Source of the DNA: an uncultured Chryseobacterium sp.
Lineage (GTDB): Bacteria; Bacteroidota; Bacteroidia; UBA10329
NCBI GenBank assembly: GCA_964500205.1
Contig: CAZCNS010000012.1
Location: 5,626 to 69,625, forward strand
Direction of reading: 5' to 3'
DNA length: 64,000 bases
In this document: in pieces, positions 49,620-60,364 of the stretch
Numbering within the stretch: the stretch's first letter is position 1
Layout: every line of letters starts with the position of its first letter
The notes under the pieces: generated by a model
What the model saw: the letters and a program-made list of their open reading frames with translations, nothing else
Told to the model about the DNA's origin: nothing
Databases searched by the model: none
Translations under genes and position numbers: made by a program

Positions 49620-50517
49620 ATCTGCGTTCGAGCATCCGTTTGATATCGAGCCAGGTAAAGTATGCCTCACTCTCGTATTCACCGCTCCTCTGGGTGAGAA
49701 GGTGGTCAAGCAGGGTTCCTGCGGGCACAAACCATCCTCCTTTGGCCGCGAGGTATTCAAGATTGGCTTGGAAGGCCGGGTCAACCTGCCCATTCCCGTC
49801 CACAAAGCCTGATGCGAAATGTGTGTAGACGATGCAGCATCCGCCTTCCGCTTCAAGTCTGTCGACACTCTCAGGGGATATCAGTGATGTGAAAGCACGA
49901 ACATTCGCACCATCTGACGAGCTGAACCAGAAATTGCTTGAAGCCTCCTTGTCGCGGTCACGATAAGGCATTCTCGGGTCGTGCTTCAGCGTATTGATGT
50001 CCTTGAAGGAGCGCGACCGCATGTACTTCACGTGTTTCTTGGCAAAGTCGCCCCAATAACAGTCGCTGCTCGGGTCATGACCGAAGAACCTGTCATTGGG
50101 ACTCCTCCAACGGGCGTAAGCCTGAAGGAATTTACTGCATGCGCTGTTGCCCCAGTGTATGTTGTGTGGGCTTTGTGCATGGTTGATGTGCATGGAAGGA
50201 TAGGTGCCCAAACACTCCTTGTAGAACTCAAGTCCCGCAAAGATCTCACTTCGGCCGAATGCTCCACTACCTACTCCGTGCAATCCGATTTCGAAGCCTT
50301 TTTGGCGCAGCGAGAGAATGAATTCGACATGATGTCGGTCCTGCAAGGTCTCGCCAGTGAATCGGTCTCGGGAGGGGTATACCCAAACGGTCTTGGTCGT
50401 GCGCATACCAAGCTTCGTCAGCAGGTCATACACCGGTGCTATGTTCTGCACCGTGGCATTATCGGTGTCATCAACTACGGTGAAAGCAAATCGTTTATTG
50501 TCAGGCCATCTCATCAT
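49612..50517 (-). CDS. Hypothetical protein, possibly with a polysaccharide-deacetylase-like fold
   Basis: ATG 50517 (MMRWPDNKRFAFTVVDDTDN...). D-D and H...H spacing is weakly reminiscent of the CE4/DUF2334 fold. It sits in a surface-polysaccharide context. This is a low-certainty call. Confidence 0.35.
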   Translation of the reverse strand: MMRWPDNKRFAFTVVDDTDNATVQNIAPVYDLLTKLGMRTTKTVWVYPSRDRFTGETLQDRHHVEFILSLRQKGFEIGLHGVGSGAFGRSEIFAGLEFYKECLGTYPSMHINHAQSPHNIHWGNSACSKFLQAYARWRSPNDRFFGHDPSSDCYWGDFAKKHVKYMRSRSFKDINTLKHDPRMPYRDRDKEASSNFWFSSSDGANVRAFTSLISPESVDRLEAEGGCCIVYTHFASGFVDGNGQVDPAFQANLEYLAAKGGWFVPAGTLLDHLLTQRSGEYESEAYFTWLDIKRMLERRFS

Positions 50518-50607
50518 TAGCAGGTAATAAGGCAAAGGAATGAAAATAGGGACAGACCCCCGCCATGAATTGAGGATGTGCAGAATCTGCAGGGCTATCT
50601 TTGCCCC

Positions 50608-51438
50608 ATGACCGATGATGTGCCAGAGGATGACGTAATGGAGCAGGGCGAGATGTCCTTCCTTGAGCATCTGGAGGTGCTCCGTTGGCATCTGGTCCGC
50701 TCAGTTGCGGTCATCGCAGCTTTTGCACTGGTGGCTTTTCTGATGAAGAGCTTCATCTTCGACACCATTCTGCTCGGCCCCAAGAATCCAGACTTCTTGA
50801 CCTACAGGCTGTTATGTGAAGCTTCCGATCGGTTCGGCCTTAGCGACCTGCTCTGCTTCGGTGAGATGAAATTCCAGCTGATCAACATCAGTATGGCGGG
50901 GCAATTCACCACCCACATTTTCGTGTCGCTTATCGCAGGGCTGGTGGTCGCCTTCCCATTTGTGGTCTTTGAGCTTTGGAGATTTATTCGACCGGGGCTT
51001 TACTCACATGAACGCAAGTATGCCAACGGGATGGTGTTTTACACCTCGGTGTTGTTCATCCTCGGTGTGCTTTTCGGTTACTACGTCATCGCGCCTCTAT
51101 CCGTCAATTTCCTCGGCAATTATCAGGTCAGCGAGGAGGTGGTCAACCAGATAGACCTCAACTCGTACTTCACCACGCTTGCCACGCTTGTGTTGGCGAG
51201 CGGATTGGTATTTGAGCTGCCTATACTGGTCTATTTCCTCACCAAGATCGGTATCATCACCCCTCAATGGTTGCGTACTTATCGAAAGCACTCCATCGTG
51301 GCCATTCTCATTTTGTCTGCAGTGATCACACCTCCCGATGTGGCCAGTCAGATCCTGGTCTTCATCCCATTGGCGATATTGTACGAGATCAGCATCTTCG
51401 TCTCTGCTGCGGTTTTGCGAAACGATGCATTGAAGTGA
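50608..51438 (+). CDS. tatC: Twin-arginine translocase subunit TatC
   Basis: MSFLEHLEVLRWHL, six TM helices, FQLPIL-like ELPILVYFL. The start is ambiguous (50608, 50638 or 50653). Confidence 0.85.
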   Translation: MTDDVPEDDVMEQGEMSFLEHLEVLRWHLVRSVAVIAAFALVAFLMKSFIFDTILLGPKNPDFLTYRLLCEASDRFGLSDLLCFGEMKFQLINISMAGQFTTHIFVSLIAGLVVAFPFVVFELWRFIRPGLYSHERKYANGMVFYTSVLFILGVLFGYYVIAPLSVNFLGNYQVSEEVVNQIDLNSYFTTLATLVLASGLVFELPILVYFLTKIGIITPQWLRTYRKHSIVAILILSAVITPPDVASQILVFIPLAILYEISIFVSAAVLRNDALK

Positions 51439-51526
51439 CGCAGCAACAGCCTGCGAACACTCCGAACAGAGATGAATGGTTTTCTGATGAGGTCAATGTG
51501 ACCAACGACACCAGCAAAACGAGCTG

Positions 51527-53194
51527 CTATGGGGCCAGTTTATTCTTCAGAGCTTTAGCCCAAGAATTCGGGATCTTATCCAAAGTGTTCAGCAGATAGG
51601 GCAATGCTTTCAGCTTGAAACCCTCGTACTCGCTTGGCACAACGGCATCTATCAAGTGCGGTCCCGGTTCGCGGAGAGCGTTCTCTAACGCCTTATTGAA
51701 TTCCTCGGCTGTTCGCGTCCGTTCGGCCGGCATCCCCATCCCCTTGGCAATACTCACGAAATCGATCGGAGGCTGCGAGATATCCAATTGCGCTTTGGCT
51801 TTCGGACCGGCTTTCTCCGCACCCGTTCTTTCCAGTTCGATATTGAGGATGGCGTACGACCCGTTGTTCAGAATGACCGTGGTCACATCCAGCTTCTCGG
51901 CAACGATCGTCCATAGTGCTTGAATCGTGTACATGGAAGCGCCATCACCGATCAGCGCAATGACGGGGCGGTTAGGTGCTGCCACCGCTGCGCCCAGCGC
52001 CACTGGCAAACCTTGACCAATTGCACCGCCAGTCAAGGCCAGCAAGTCGTGTTTCGGGGCTCCTGCCGTGTGAAACGGAATCTTGAGCCCCGATGTCTGC
52101 GATTCATCGGAAATGATGGCATTCTCTGGAAGCATGGCCCCGACTGCACGGGCCACCTTCTCTGCGTTCAAACTTCCGGTTCCCAATTTCGGGCGGTTGG
52201 CCTCTTGCAATTTGGGTGGTGTGTCGGTTGCGCCAACTGCAGCGACCAAAGCTTCCAGACTGTTCATGGCATCCTGCTCTTTTTTGACCAGGTCATGCAC
52301 TTTGCAATCGTCTGGCACGAGATAGCTCTTCTTGCCAGGGTAGGCGAAGAACGATACAGGTGCTTTGGCATCAATAAGAACGAGATGATCGTAGCCACTG
52401 AGCTGCACGGAGGCCATTTCTGCCAAGTAAGCGATGCGCTCTACATTCGGCAAACCTGCTCCACGCTGCAATCGTGTTGGGAATACTTCCGTAAAGAGTT
52501 TCGCTCCGGTTTTCTCAGAGATCTTAGAAGCGAGCATCAATCCGTCTTCCAATATCACTCTTCTGCCGAGCAGAATGGCGGTCTTCTTTCCTGAACCTTT
52601 CAGCACTTCCGCAATGCTATTAATTTCTTCATCAGAAGCTGTATCTGGCGCAGGCTGCGTGAAATCGTTGATGGCAGTTCCACCTTCACCCCAAGAAACA
52701 TCGGCAGGGAGAATGAGCGTGGAAATCTGATTGGGTGAACCTGTGGCCACTTTGATCGCCTCAGCTGCATCCTCACCTATTTTGCCTGTCTCCTGCGTGG
52801 TACGCACCCAACTTGAAACATTCTTCGCTACGGTCTCAATATCTGATTGCAGCTGAGCATCGTACTGCGTGTGGTACGTGGCATGGTCGCCAACGATATT
52901 GATCATCGGCACACGCGCTTTTCTGGCGTTGTGCAGGTTGGCAAGGCCGTTTCCGAGACCACAACCCAAATGGAGCAATGTGGCGGCAGGCTTTCCTGCT
53001 ATCCGTGCATAACCATCGGCTGCACCGGTTGCCACACCCTCGAAAAGTGTGAGCACCGCTCGCATATCGCTATCATCCAGTGCAGCAACAAAATGCATCT
53101 CTGAGGTTCCCGGATTGGTGAAACAGGTGTCGATACCTGCATTTACAAGCGTGTTTATCAGTGCCTTTGCGCCCGTGGTGTTGTCCCTGCTCAT
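51527..53194 (-). CDS. Thiamine-diphosphate-dependent enzyme (acetolactate synthase large-subunit-like)
   Basis: N-terminal Pyr domain (GIDTCFTNPGTSEMH...EGVATGAADGYAR). ThDP-binding motif GDGASMYTIQALWT...NNGSY. Confidence 0.8.
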   Translation of the reverse strand: MSRDNTTGAKALINTLVNAGIDTCFTNPGTSEMHFVAALDDSDMRAVLTLFEGVATGAADGYARIAGKPAATLLHLGCGLGNGLANLHNARKARVPMINIVGDHATYHTQYDAQLQSDIETVAKNVSSWVRTTQETGKIGEDAAEAIKVATGSPNQISTLILPADVSWGEGGTAINDFTQPAPDTASDEEINSIAEVLKGSGKKTAILLGRRVILEDGLMLASKISEKTGAKLFTEVFPTRLQRGAGLPNVERIAYLAEMASVQLSGYDHLVLIDAKAPVSFFAYPGKKSYLVPDDCKVHDLVKKEQDAMNSLEALVAAVGATDTPPKLQEANRPKLGTGSLNAEKVARAVGAMLPENAIISDESQTSGLKIPFHTAGAPKHDLLALTGGAIGQGLPVALGAAVAAPNRPVIALIGDGASMYTIQALWTIVAEKLDVTTVILNNGSYAILNIELERTGAEKAGPKAKAQLDISQPPIDFVSIAKGMGMPAERTRTAEEFNKALENALREPGPHLIDAVVPSEYEGFKLKALPYLLNTLDKIPNSWAKALKNKLAP

Positions 53195-53440
53195 GTCGTT
53201 TGTTTATTGGAGGCACGAGTTTACAGAAAATACTTGACCGATTTCTTCACTTACTTTTCCTGATTTAGCGATGGAGATCGGTTCCTCTGTGCGGATAAGA
53301 CCTGTTAATTGGACCTTTAATCAGGTGAGTGGGTTAGACATCATTTAGGTAATACTGAGCCAGTGAGTAAGAGTCAAGGACAGGTGTGATGAAATCAATA
53401 CTTTCGCGCTGCCCTATGGGTTCACCCATCTTCTAAGTTG

Positions 53441-56050
53441 ATGCGTCTTCTGCTTATTGTGTTTTGGCTGCTCTCATCCCTTCAGATGTCGGCACAGGAG
53501 AAGACCCGGGTCAAAGGCACGGTGACAGACTTGGAGACGGGAGAGCCCCTGCCATTTGTGAACATCAGTTTCGTGGGCAAGGCCGTGGGCACCACCACCG
53601 ATTTCAAAGGCAAGTACAGCATTGAGACCAACTGGGCCAGCGATGAGCTTCAGGCATCTTTTATGGGGTATGAGGCCATGACGAAAGCCGTGGTCATCGG
53701 AGTCAATCAGACCATCGACTTTGCCCTCGGCAGCGGTGCGATCAAGCTGCAGGAAGTGACTGTAAAGGCTGGTCGGCAGCGCTATCGCAACAAGGAGAAC
53801 CCTGCTGTGGCATTGATCCAGAAGGTAATCGACAACCGCTCTCAGAACCGGAGGTCGGGCTTTGACCACTACCAGTTCGGTAAGTACGAGAAGTTGCGCC
53901 TCGACCTTAACAATATCACCGAGGAATTCACTCAGCGCAAGTGGCTCAAGAAGTTCGATTTCATGTGGGCCTACATCGATACTTCAAAAGTGAACGGCAA
54001 GCCTTTCCTACCGCTGTATTTCACTGAGAAGAAGACCAAGGTGTTCATGCGGAACTCGCCCGCCTCCATGAAAGAGTTTGAAATGGCTCGCAAGACCGTG
54101 GGATTTCAGGAGTTCATGGACGAGGAGGGCATCGGGTACTTTCTCGACAAGATTTATCAGGACATCGACATTTATGACAACTCCATTCAGTTGATGGAGA
54201 AGGAGTTCGTAAGCCCCATTTCGGTCATAGCCCCGGCCACCTACAAATACTTCATCATGGACACGGTGGATGTGGACGGGGTCACGTGCATCAAGCTCGC
54301 TTTTCAGGGAAGGAGTCCTGCCGACCTTGCCTTCCGGGGCGACCTTTGGGTGGCCATGGATTCCAGCTATGCGGTGAAGCAGGTGAAGATGGGCATTACG
54401 CGCGAGGCCAATATCAACTTCGTGAGCGATCTTGAGATAGAACAGGTCTTCGACCACAGCGACTCGCTCGGTTGGTTCATCGTTAGAGACCAGATGACCA
54501 TTGACTACAACCTCCTGAGCAGCAGCATGGGGATGTTCGGTCAGCGCACCGTCTCGTACGACAGCATAGTGGTCAACACCCCCGCGCCCGATAGCGTCTG
54601 GAGCCAAGCAGGGAGCTATATCATCCTGGAAGGGGCCGAAAAGCGGGATGATTCCTTTTGGCAGGATGCGCGTACCGAGGAGCTCACGGGCAATGAGCAG
54701 GGTGTCTATGAGATGACCGCCAAGATGAAGGAGGTCCCTGCATTCAAACGTGCCATGAACATCATGTTCCTGCTGATCTCTGGCTACTACGAGGTGGGCA
54801 AGTTTGATGTCGGACCGTTGTATTCGATGGTGAGTTTCAATGAGGTGGAGAAATGGCGATTCAGGGCCGCGCTGCGCACCAACCGCAAGATGAGCGAGAA
54901 GTGGATGGCAGAGGGCTATGTGGCCTACGGTCTCGATCAGCGCATCGACAGAAGGTTCAAGTTCGGGGGTGGGTTCACTTACTTCTTTGATCGGAGACCC
55001 TACCATCAGCTGGATATCGAGTTTCAGCGTGACATCAAGATGCCTGGGCAGGACCTGCTCATCGCTTCAGACGATAACATCTTCCTCTCTTTCCGCACAG
55101 GACTGGCCAATCTGATGATCTACTACGACTCCTACCGGGTCAATTATCTCAAGGAATGGGATTTCGGCCTCGCTGCGGGGCTCCAGTTAGAACACAGGCG
55201 CATACAGCCTGCCGGTGCACTCACATTCACCCCGGTCGATTCCATGGTCTCAGTGCCTCGCGAGGTGGTCACCAACGAGGTGGGCCTCTCATTCCGTTAC
55301 GCACCCCGAACCAAGTTTTATGAAGGCAGGTCGAGGCGTGTTCCGATCAAGACCAAGTATCCGATCTTCGAGGCCAGCTACACTTATGGTATCCCCGACC
55401 TGTTGGGCAGCAGGTACACTTTTCACAAGTTCGGCCTCAGGATTTTCAAGCGATTCTTCATAGCACCCATCGGATTCGGTGACATGCAGTTCGAGGGGGG
55501 ATATATGATTGGTGAGGTTCCCTTTCCGCTGTTGTTCGTGCATCGGGGCAACCAGACCTTCTTTCAAGACCCCAATACCTTCAACCTGATGAACTGGTTC
55601 GAGTTCGTGAGCGATAGGTATGTGGCACTCGACTATTACCATCATTTCAACGGTGCTCTGTTCAACAAGATTCCTTTCCTCCGAAAGCTCAAGTGGCGGG
55701 AGACGATCGGGGTAAAGGGTGTGTGGGGAAGTGTTAGCACACGCAACAATTCTATGGCGCCCGGATTCAACGGTGACACCGAGCGTATCTTCGGCTTCCC
55801 CGAGCGGCCCATGCTTGACAAGGAGGGCGACCCCATCATAGATAACGATGGCAATGTGATGACCGAGCAGGTGACTCACACCCTGGAGACCATGCCCTAT
55901 GTGGAGGCGAGTTTCGGCATCGAGAACATTTTCAAGATCATCAGCATCGATGCCGTAAAGCGGTTTACCCATCTCAACAATCCCAATGTGCCGAGCATCG
56001 GCCCGGGCAGAGGTTGGGGAATACGCGTGCGTTTTGCCGTGAGATTCTAA
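53441..56050 (+). CDS. CarboxypepD_reg-like plus DUF5686-type large outer-membrane-associated protein
   Basis: Signal peptide, then VKGTVTDLETGEPLPFVNISFVG...TTDFKGKYSI (carboxypeptidase-regulatory-like fold). The long C-terminal region ends in an aromatic residue (RF). Confidence 0.65.
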   Translation: MRLLLIVFWLLSSLQMSAQEKTRVKGTVTDLETGEPLPFVNISFVGKAVGTTTDFKGKYSIETNWASDELQASFMGYEAMTKAVVIGVNQTIDFALGSGAIKLQEVTVKAGRQRYRNKENPAVALIQKVIDNRSQNRRSGFDHYQFGKYEKLRLDLNNITEEFTQRKWLKKFDFMWAYIDTSKVNGKPFLPLYFTEKKTKVFMRNSPASMKEFEMARKTVGFQEFMDEEGIGYFLDKIYQDIDIYDNSIQLMEKEFVSPISVIAPATYKYFIMDTVDVDGVTCIKLAFQGRSPADLAFRGDLWVAMDSSYAVKQVKMGITREANINFVSDLEIEQVFDHSDSLGWFIVRDQMTIDYNLLSSSMGMFGQRTVSYDSIVVNTPAPDSVWSQAGSYIILEGAEKRDDSFWQDARTEELTGNEQGVYEMTAKMKEVPAFKRAMNIMFLLISGYYEVGKFDVGPLYSMVSFNEVEKWRFRAALRTNRKMSEKWMAEGYVAYGLDQRIDRRFKFGGGFTYFFDRRPYHQLDIEFQRDIKMPGQDLLIASDDNIFLSFRTGLANLMIYYDSYRVNYLKEWDFGLAAGLQLEHRRIQPAGALTFTPVDSMVSVPREVVTNEVGLSFRYAPRTKFYEGRSRRVPIKTKYPIFEASYTYGIPDLLGSRYTFHKFGLRIFKRFFIAPIGFGDMQFEGGYMIGEVPFPLLFVHRGNQTFFQDPNTFNLMNWFEFVSDRYVALDYYHHFNGALFNKIPFLRKLKWRETIGVKGVWGSVSTRNNSMAPGFNGDTERIFGFPERPMLDKEGDPIIDNDGNVMTEQVTHTLETMPYVEASFGIENIFKIISIDAVKRFTHLNNPNVPSIGPGRGWGIRVRFAVRF

Positions 56051-56053
56051 CCA

Positions 56054-56776
56054 ATGAGGCTACGCGCAGAGAATATCGTCAAGAAATACGGCAACCGCAT
56101 CGTGGTGCGAGGGGTCGATATAGAAGTGAGCCAAGGTGAGGTGGTAGGGCTGCTCGGTCCCAATGGTGCGGGCAAGACCACATCGTTCTACATGATCGTG
56201 GGCCTCATCCGTCCCAACAGTGGCCGTGTTTACCTCGATGACCGCGACATCACAGATCTGCCCATGTACAAGCGGGCCCAGCTGGGCATAGGATACCTCG
56301 CTCAAGAGGCCAGCGTGTTCCGCAAACTCAGTGTCGAGGACAACATCCTCGCTGTGCTCGAAATGAAAGGTGCATCAAAAAAGGAACAGGAAGAAAAGCT
56401 CGAAGAGCTGCTTTCAGAGTTCGGCCTCAACCACGTGCGTACCAATCGTGGCGACCTGCTTTCGGGCGGTGAGAGGCGAAGGACGGAGATAGCCCGCGCC
56501 TTGGCAGTGGACCCCAGTTTCATCCTGCTCGATGAACCATTCGCAGGCGTGGATCCCATAGCGGTAGAGGACATTCAAGAGATTGTCGCAAAGCTCAGGC
56601 TCCGCAACATCGGCATCCTCATCACCGACCACAATGTGCATGAGACCCTCACCATTACCGACCGCTCCTACCTGCTCTTCGAGGGCAGCATACTTAAGGC
56701 GGGCACAGCGGAGGAACTGGCCAATGACGAGCAGGTGCGAAGGGTTTACCTCGGTCAGAACTTCGTGTTGCGATGA
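56054..56776 (+). CDS. lptB: LPS export ABC transporter ATP-binding protein
   Basis: Walker [10 protein letters not shown], signature LSGGERRR, Walker [13 protein letters not shown]. LptB-type C-terminus VRRVYLG. Confidence 0.9.
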   Translation: MRLRAENIVKKYGNRIVVRGVDIEVSQGEVVGLLGPNGAGKTTSFYMIVGLIRPNSGRVYLDDRDITDLPMYKRAQLGIGYLAQEASVFRKLSVEDNILAVLEMKGASKKEQEEKLEELLSEFGLNHVRTNRGDLLSGGERRRTEIARALAVDPSFILLDEPFAGVDPIAVEDIQEIVAKLRLRNIGILITDHNVHETLTITDRSYLLFEGSILKAGTAEELANDEQVRRVYLGQNFVLR

Positions 56777-57852
56777 GGCTGTTCTTTTCTGAAAAGCGAA
56801 AGGAAATTCTCTGAGTTGCTTTTTACGGAGTAACGGCTCACCACTGTGTCCCTTGCTGCTGCCGACCTTTTGGCAAGACGCTCTGTCGATGAGAGAATGC
56901 TGCGTAGGCAGGTCTCCCACTCAGCCTCGGTGGCGCATACCCAGCCGTTGATCCCATGGCTCACTATCTCGGTGTTCACGCCCACTGGCGACACGATGGC
57001 CGGAATGCCCAAGGCCATGTACTGCAATGCTTTGAATCCGCACTTTCCTCTTGCCCAGCGGTCATCCTCCAGCGGCATGATTCCCACATCCATCCGCAGG
57101 AGGTCTTCGATCTCGGTGGCCTTGTTCCAAGGCACGAACGAGAGCGACCGCAATGCGAAGTCGGGAGCGCGGTCGGCTATCACCAGAAAAGTGAAATCGA
57201 ACTCTTGTTCCAATCGTTGGAGTGCAGGTACCACATGGTCGAGGTATCGGATGGTGGAGTGCGTGCCCGTCCACCCTATCACTGGCTTTCCTGAACAGAA
57301 CGCCTTGGTGCGGTTGTGCAGCCCATTGGTGTCGATGGTTGTAGGATTGATCACCGCGTTGGAGTTGAACCGCGTTGCGTGGTCGCGCAGATAGGCGTTG
57401 CCGCAGCTCACCACGTTGGCATACCCGCTGGTGGTCTCCGCGTTGCCGTATCGCTTGAAGTGGGTGATGATGCTGTTCGATGTCGAGGCGTTCGGAATCC
57501 AGATGGCATCGTCAAAATCGAAGATGACGCGCTTGCGAAGTATTTTCGAAACGATAAACTCGAACACTGGCGGCCCCACTGGCGCTGCCTCCCGATGAAT
57601 GAACACCATGTCGCATTGGGCCGCGGTCACCATGTCCCGCACCCGCTTACACAGGCCCCAGATCACTTTACCTGTCTTTTTGAGGAAAAAACCAGGACGG
57701 TACAGGATCAGCATCGCCTCGTCATCGAGAAATGGACGGGTCACTACCTCATGCTCATGCTCCCTCAGCAGTCCGAAATACTGCTCGAACCTGAAACGCT
57801 GACTGGGCGCGACACCAAGAGGATAGGGTACGAGGAAAAGGATGCGGGCCAT
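56755..57852 (-). CDS. GT-B fold glycosyltransferase (GT1/GT4-like)
   Basis: C-terminal half [11 protein letters not shown]...[20 protein letters not shown] fits the E-x7-E-type GT4 region. Its 3' end overlaps lptB by 22 nt (convergent). Confidence 0.7.
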   Translation of the reverse strand: MARILFLVPYPLGVAPSQRFRFEQYFGLLREHEHEVVTRPFLDDEAMLILYRPGFFLKKTGKVIWGLCKRVRDMVTAAQCDMVFIHREAAPVGPPVFEFIVSKILRKRVIFDFDDAIWIPNASTSNSIITHFKRYGNAETTSGYANVVSCGNAYLRDHATRFNSNAVINPTTIDTNGLHNRTKAFCSGKPVIGWTGTHSTIRYLDHVVPALQRLEQEFDFTFLVIADRAPDFALRSLSFVPWNKATEIEDLLRMDVGIMPLEDDRWARGKCGFKALQYMALGIPAIVSPVGVNTEIVSHGINGWVCATEAEWETCLRSILSSTERLAKRSAAARDTVVSRYSVKSNSENFLSLFRKEQPHRNTKF

Positions 57853-57903
57853 GGCTCAGGGACAAATGTAGCCTTGGCAGGTCACGTGTTCACCAAGGCC
57901 ATC

Positions 57904-58836
57904 TCAGGCTCGCAGGGAGTGGAAGTCCACATCCCACAGCGATACCGTGCGGTCGTCCGATACGGAGATGAGTGTGCGGTCGTCTTTCCACAGCAGACGG
58001 TTGACTGATGTGCCGTGTCCGGCATGGCTTCCTCGGTCTATGGTCTTCAGGCTGCGCGGCCCATCCGGGTCCCAGATGCGGATGCTCTTGTCCTTGCTGC
58101 ACGTGGCGAACACATCGCCCGAGGGGCGGAAGAGAATGTCGTTCACCGTGTACATGTGCGGGATGATGTCGGTGGCAGGCGCGTAGCCCTCGCTCACGTC
58201 ATACGTTCGTAAGTGTGCATCACGGCCTGATGTGTACAGCAGTTTTCCGTCTGGGGAATAGTTCACCGTGAAAACCGAGTTGCTGGCATCTGTAATGGTG
58301 AGCAGGACGCGCAGATCCTCTGTGCTGAGGATGCGCACCGTGTGGTCGGAGCTGCCGATGGCCAATTCGGTGCGCGCAGGGTTCAGTGCCATTGCGCGCA
58401 GCGATTTATCAGACACCTTCACTTTCGATATCGTTCTCCACTCACGGAGGTTCACCACGTGAAGCACACCGTCCCCGCAGGCCACGAAGAGGAGGTCGTC
58501 CATGGCCTGCATGGCGAATATGGCCGATGATGTGAGCGAGAGGCTTCGCACTTGTCTGCGCTCCTTCGGATCGATGAGGTGAATGCCGTCAAAGTTCTGC
58601 CCTACGATCAGCAGGCCGTCCATCGGCAGATGGTGAAGCGCATAGACGGTGGCATTCATCTTGGCCACCACCTCACCGTTGTCGGGGTCGGAGGTGCGCC
58701 ATTGCACCACCATGCCATCGGCCCCGGCCGTCCAGAAAAGGTCGCTCCCCTCATCTCCTGCAATGGTGTAGATGCAGTCTTGATGCCCTTGGCACGTGGC
58801 GATCTTGGTCACTTCCGGTATCGCGATGTTGCCCAT
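57904..58836 (-). CDS. WD40-repeat protein
   Basis: Repeated ...GSSDHTVRI / SGRDAHLRTYD / CSKDKSIRIWD / VSDDRTVSLWD blades. Confidence 0.75.
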   Translation of the reverse strand: MGNIAIPEVTKIATCQGHQDCIYTIAGDEGSDLFWTAGADGMVVQWRTSDPDNGEVVAKMNATVYALHHLPMDGLLIVGQNFDGIHLIDPKERRQVRSLSLTSSAIFAMQAMDDLLFVACGDGVLHVVNLREWRTISKVKVSDKSLRAMALNPARTELAIGSSDHTVRILSTEDLRVLLTITDASNSVFTVNYSPDGKLLYTSGRDAHLRTYDVSEGYAPATDIIPHMYTVNDILFRPSGDVFATCSKDKSIRIWDPDGPRSLKTIDRGSHAGHGTSVNRLLWKDDRTLISVSDDRTVSLWDVDFHSLRA

Positions 58837-58955
58837 GGCGCAAAATTCATCGATCGGAACGCTTCCCCGACACGCACTCGCGACATCCTTCCATCATTAC
58901 ACCGGGCCATCCCGACTTCGCATCGCACCTTTGCATTTCTCAAAAATGACCACTG

Positions 58956-60242
58956 GTGAAAAGACATCTTTTTCCTGATAGAAACGAATGGGACGGCCTT
59001 CTGAAACGTCCCATACACAAGGCCGCAGACCTCGATGTCATTGTGCGTGAGGTGTTTGAGGCGGTGAGCAGCAATGGCGATGAGGCGGTGCTGCGCTACA
59101 CAGAGAAGTTCGACAAAGTGGTTCCCTATGCGCTTCGGGTGACTGAGGATGCGGTCGCTGATGCCGCACTTGATGTGCCAAAAGGGTTGCAGGATGCCAT
59201 TCGCATGGCCGCAGGCAACATTGAGCGCTTCCATGCCTCGCAACGATTGGAGAGCACGGTGGTCGAGACCACTCCTGGTGTGCAATGCTGGCGCGAAGAG
59301 CGGCCTATCGAGCGGGTCGGCATCTACATTCCGGGAGGCACTGCACCGCTTTTCTCTACCGTGCTGATGCTGGGAATTCCCGCAAAACTGGCAGGATGCT
59401 CAGAGGTTGTGCTATGCACGCCTCCCGACCGCGAGGGCCGCATCCATCCTGCTATCCTGTTCTGTGCGCATCTCTTGGGCATAACGAAGGTGTTCGCAGT
59501 GGGTGGCATTCAAGCCATAGCCGCGATGACTTTGGGTACCGAAACCATTCCCTCAGTTTACAAGATTTTCGGGCCGGGCAATCAATTCGTCACAGCCGCC
59601 AAGCAGCACGCACAGCGCATGGGCGTGGCCATCGACATGCCTGCTGGCCCTTCGGAGTTGCTTGTCATGGCCGATGACACGGCCGACCCCGCCTTCGTGG
59701 CCGCAGACCTGCTCTCTCAGGCCGAGCATGGCGCTGATAGTCAGGTGATCCTTGTCAGCACCTCACAGCGGCTGGTCGATAGGGTGGAGGAGGAGCTCTC
59801 CGTACAGCTGGAGGCGCTTCCCCGGAAGGAGATGGCCCGCGAGGCATTGACCCACTCCAAGGCCATCATACTCGCTACAGACCGCGAATGTCTTGATCTC
59901 ATTAACTCCTATGGCCCTGAGCATTTCATCCTCTGTTGCGAGCAGGAGGAGTTGTTCATTTCCGGTATTGTGAATGCAGGCTCGGTGTTCATCGGCAACT
60001 ACACGCCCGAAAGTGCTGGCGACTATGCATCTGGCACCAATCATACACTGCCAACCAATGGATTCGCCAAGGCTTATAGCGGGGTCAACTTGCAGTCGTT
60101 CACGCGGTCGGTCACTTTTCAGCGCATCAGTGCCGAAGGCATTGTGAATATTGGCCCCGCCATCGAGCAAATGGCAGCTGCCGAGGGTTTGCAAGCGCAT
60201 CGCAATGCGGTGACCTTGCGACTGGCCGCGTTGAAAGCGTAG
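58956..60242 (+). CDS. hisD: Histidinol dehydrogenase
   Basis: GIYIPGGTAPLFSTVLM, AGPSELLV, LSQAEHG, DYASGTNHTLPT. The start is GTG. Confidence 0.9.
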   Translation: MKRHLFPDRNEWDGLLKRPIHKAADLDVIVREVFEAVSSNGDEAVLRYTEKFDKVVPYALRVTEDAVADAALDVPKGLQDAIRMAAGNIERFHASQRLESTVVETTPGVQCWREERPIERVGIYIPGGTAPLFSTVLMLGIPAKLAGCSEVVLCTPPDREGRIHPAILFCAHLLGITKVFAVGGIQAIAAMTLGTETIPSVYKIFGPGNQFVTAAKQHAQRMGVAIDMPAGPSELLVMADDTADPAFVAADLLSQAEHGADSQVILVSTSQRLVDRVEEELSVQLEALPRKEMAREALTHSKAIILATDRECLDLINSYGPEHFILCCEQEELFISGIVNAGSVFIGNYTPESAGDYASGTNHTLPTNGFAKAYSGVNLQSFTRSVTFQRISAEGIVNIGPAIEQMAAAEGLQAHRNAVTLRLAALKA

Positions 60243-60340
60243 AGGATGCTTCGCTCCTCCATGAATCCGAAGTGAGCGCTTTATCCAAAGGGCTGAACCT
60301 ATTGCGGTGGGTTTGATGAGCACTTCTACTACCCCCACAG

Positions 60341-60361
60341 CCTGTCCCGCAATGGCGGGAG
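60341..60361 (+). repeat. Second REP-like hairpin type (CCTGYCCCGCAAWRGCGGGRAG)
   Basis: TCCCGC-aatg-GCGGGA abuts the left REP of RAYT unit 1. A variant, CCCCGC-aaaa-GCGGGG, occurs at 62444-62465. Confidence 0.55.
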
Positions 60362-60364
60362 ACC

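Noticed and set aside
56755-56776. 22-nt convergent overlap of lptB and the glycosyltransferase, and an 8-nt overlap at 49612-49619
   Set aside because: Short 3'-3' overlaps are common in compact bacterial genomes, and nothing else is unusual here.
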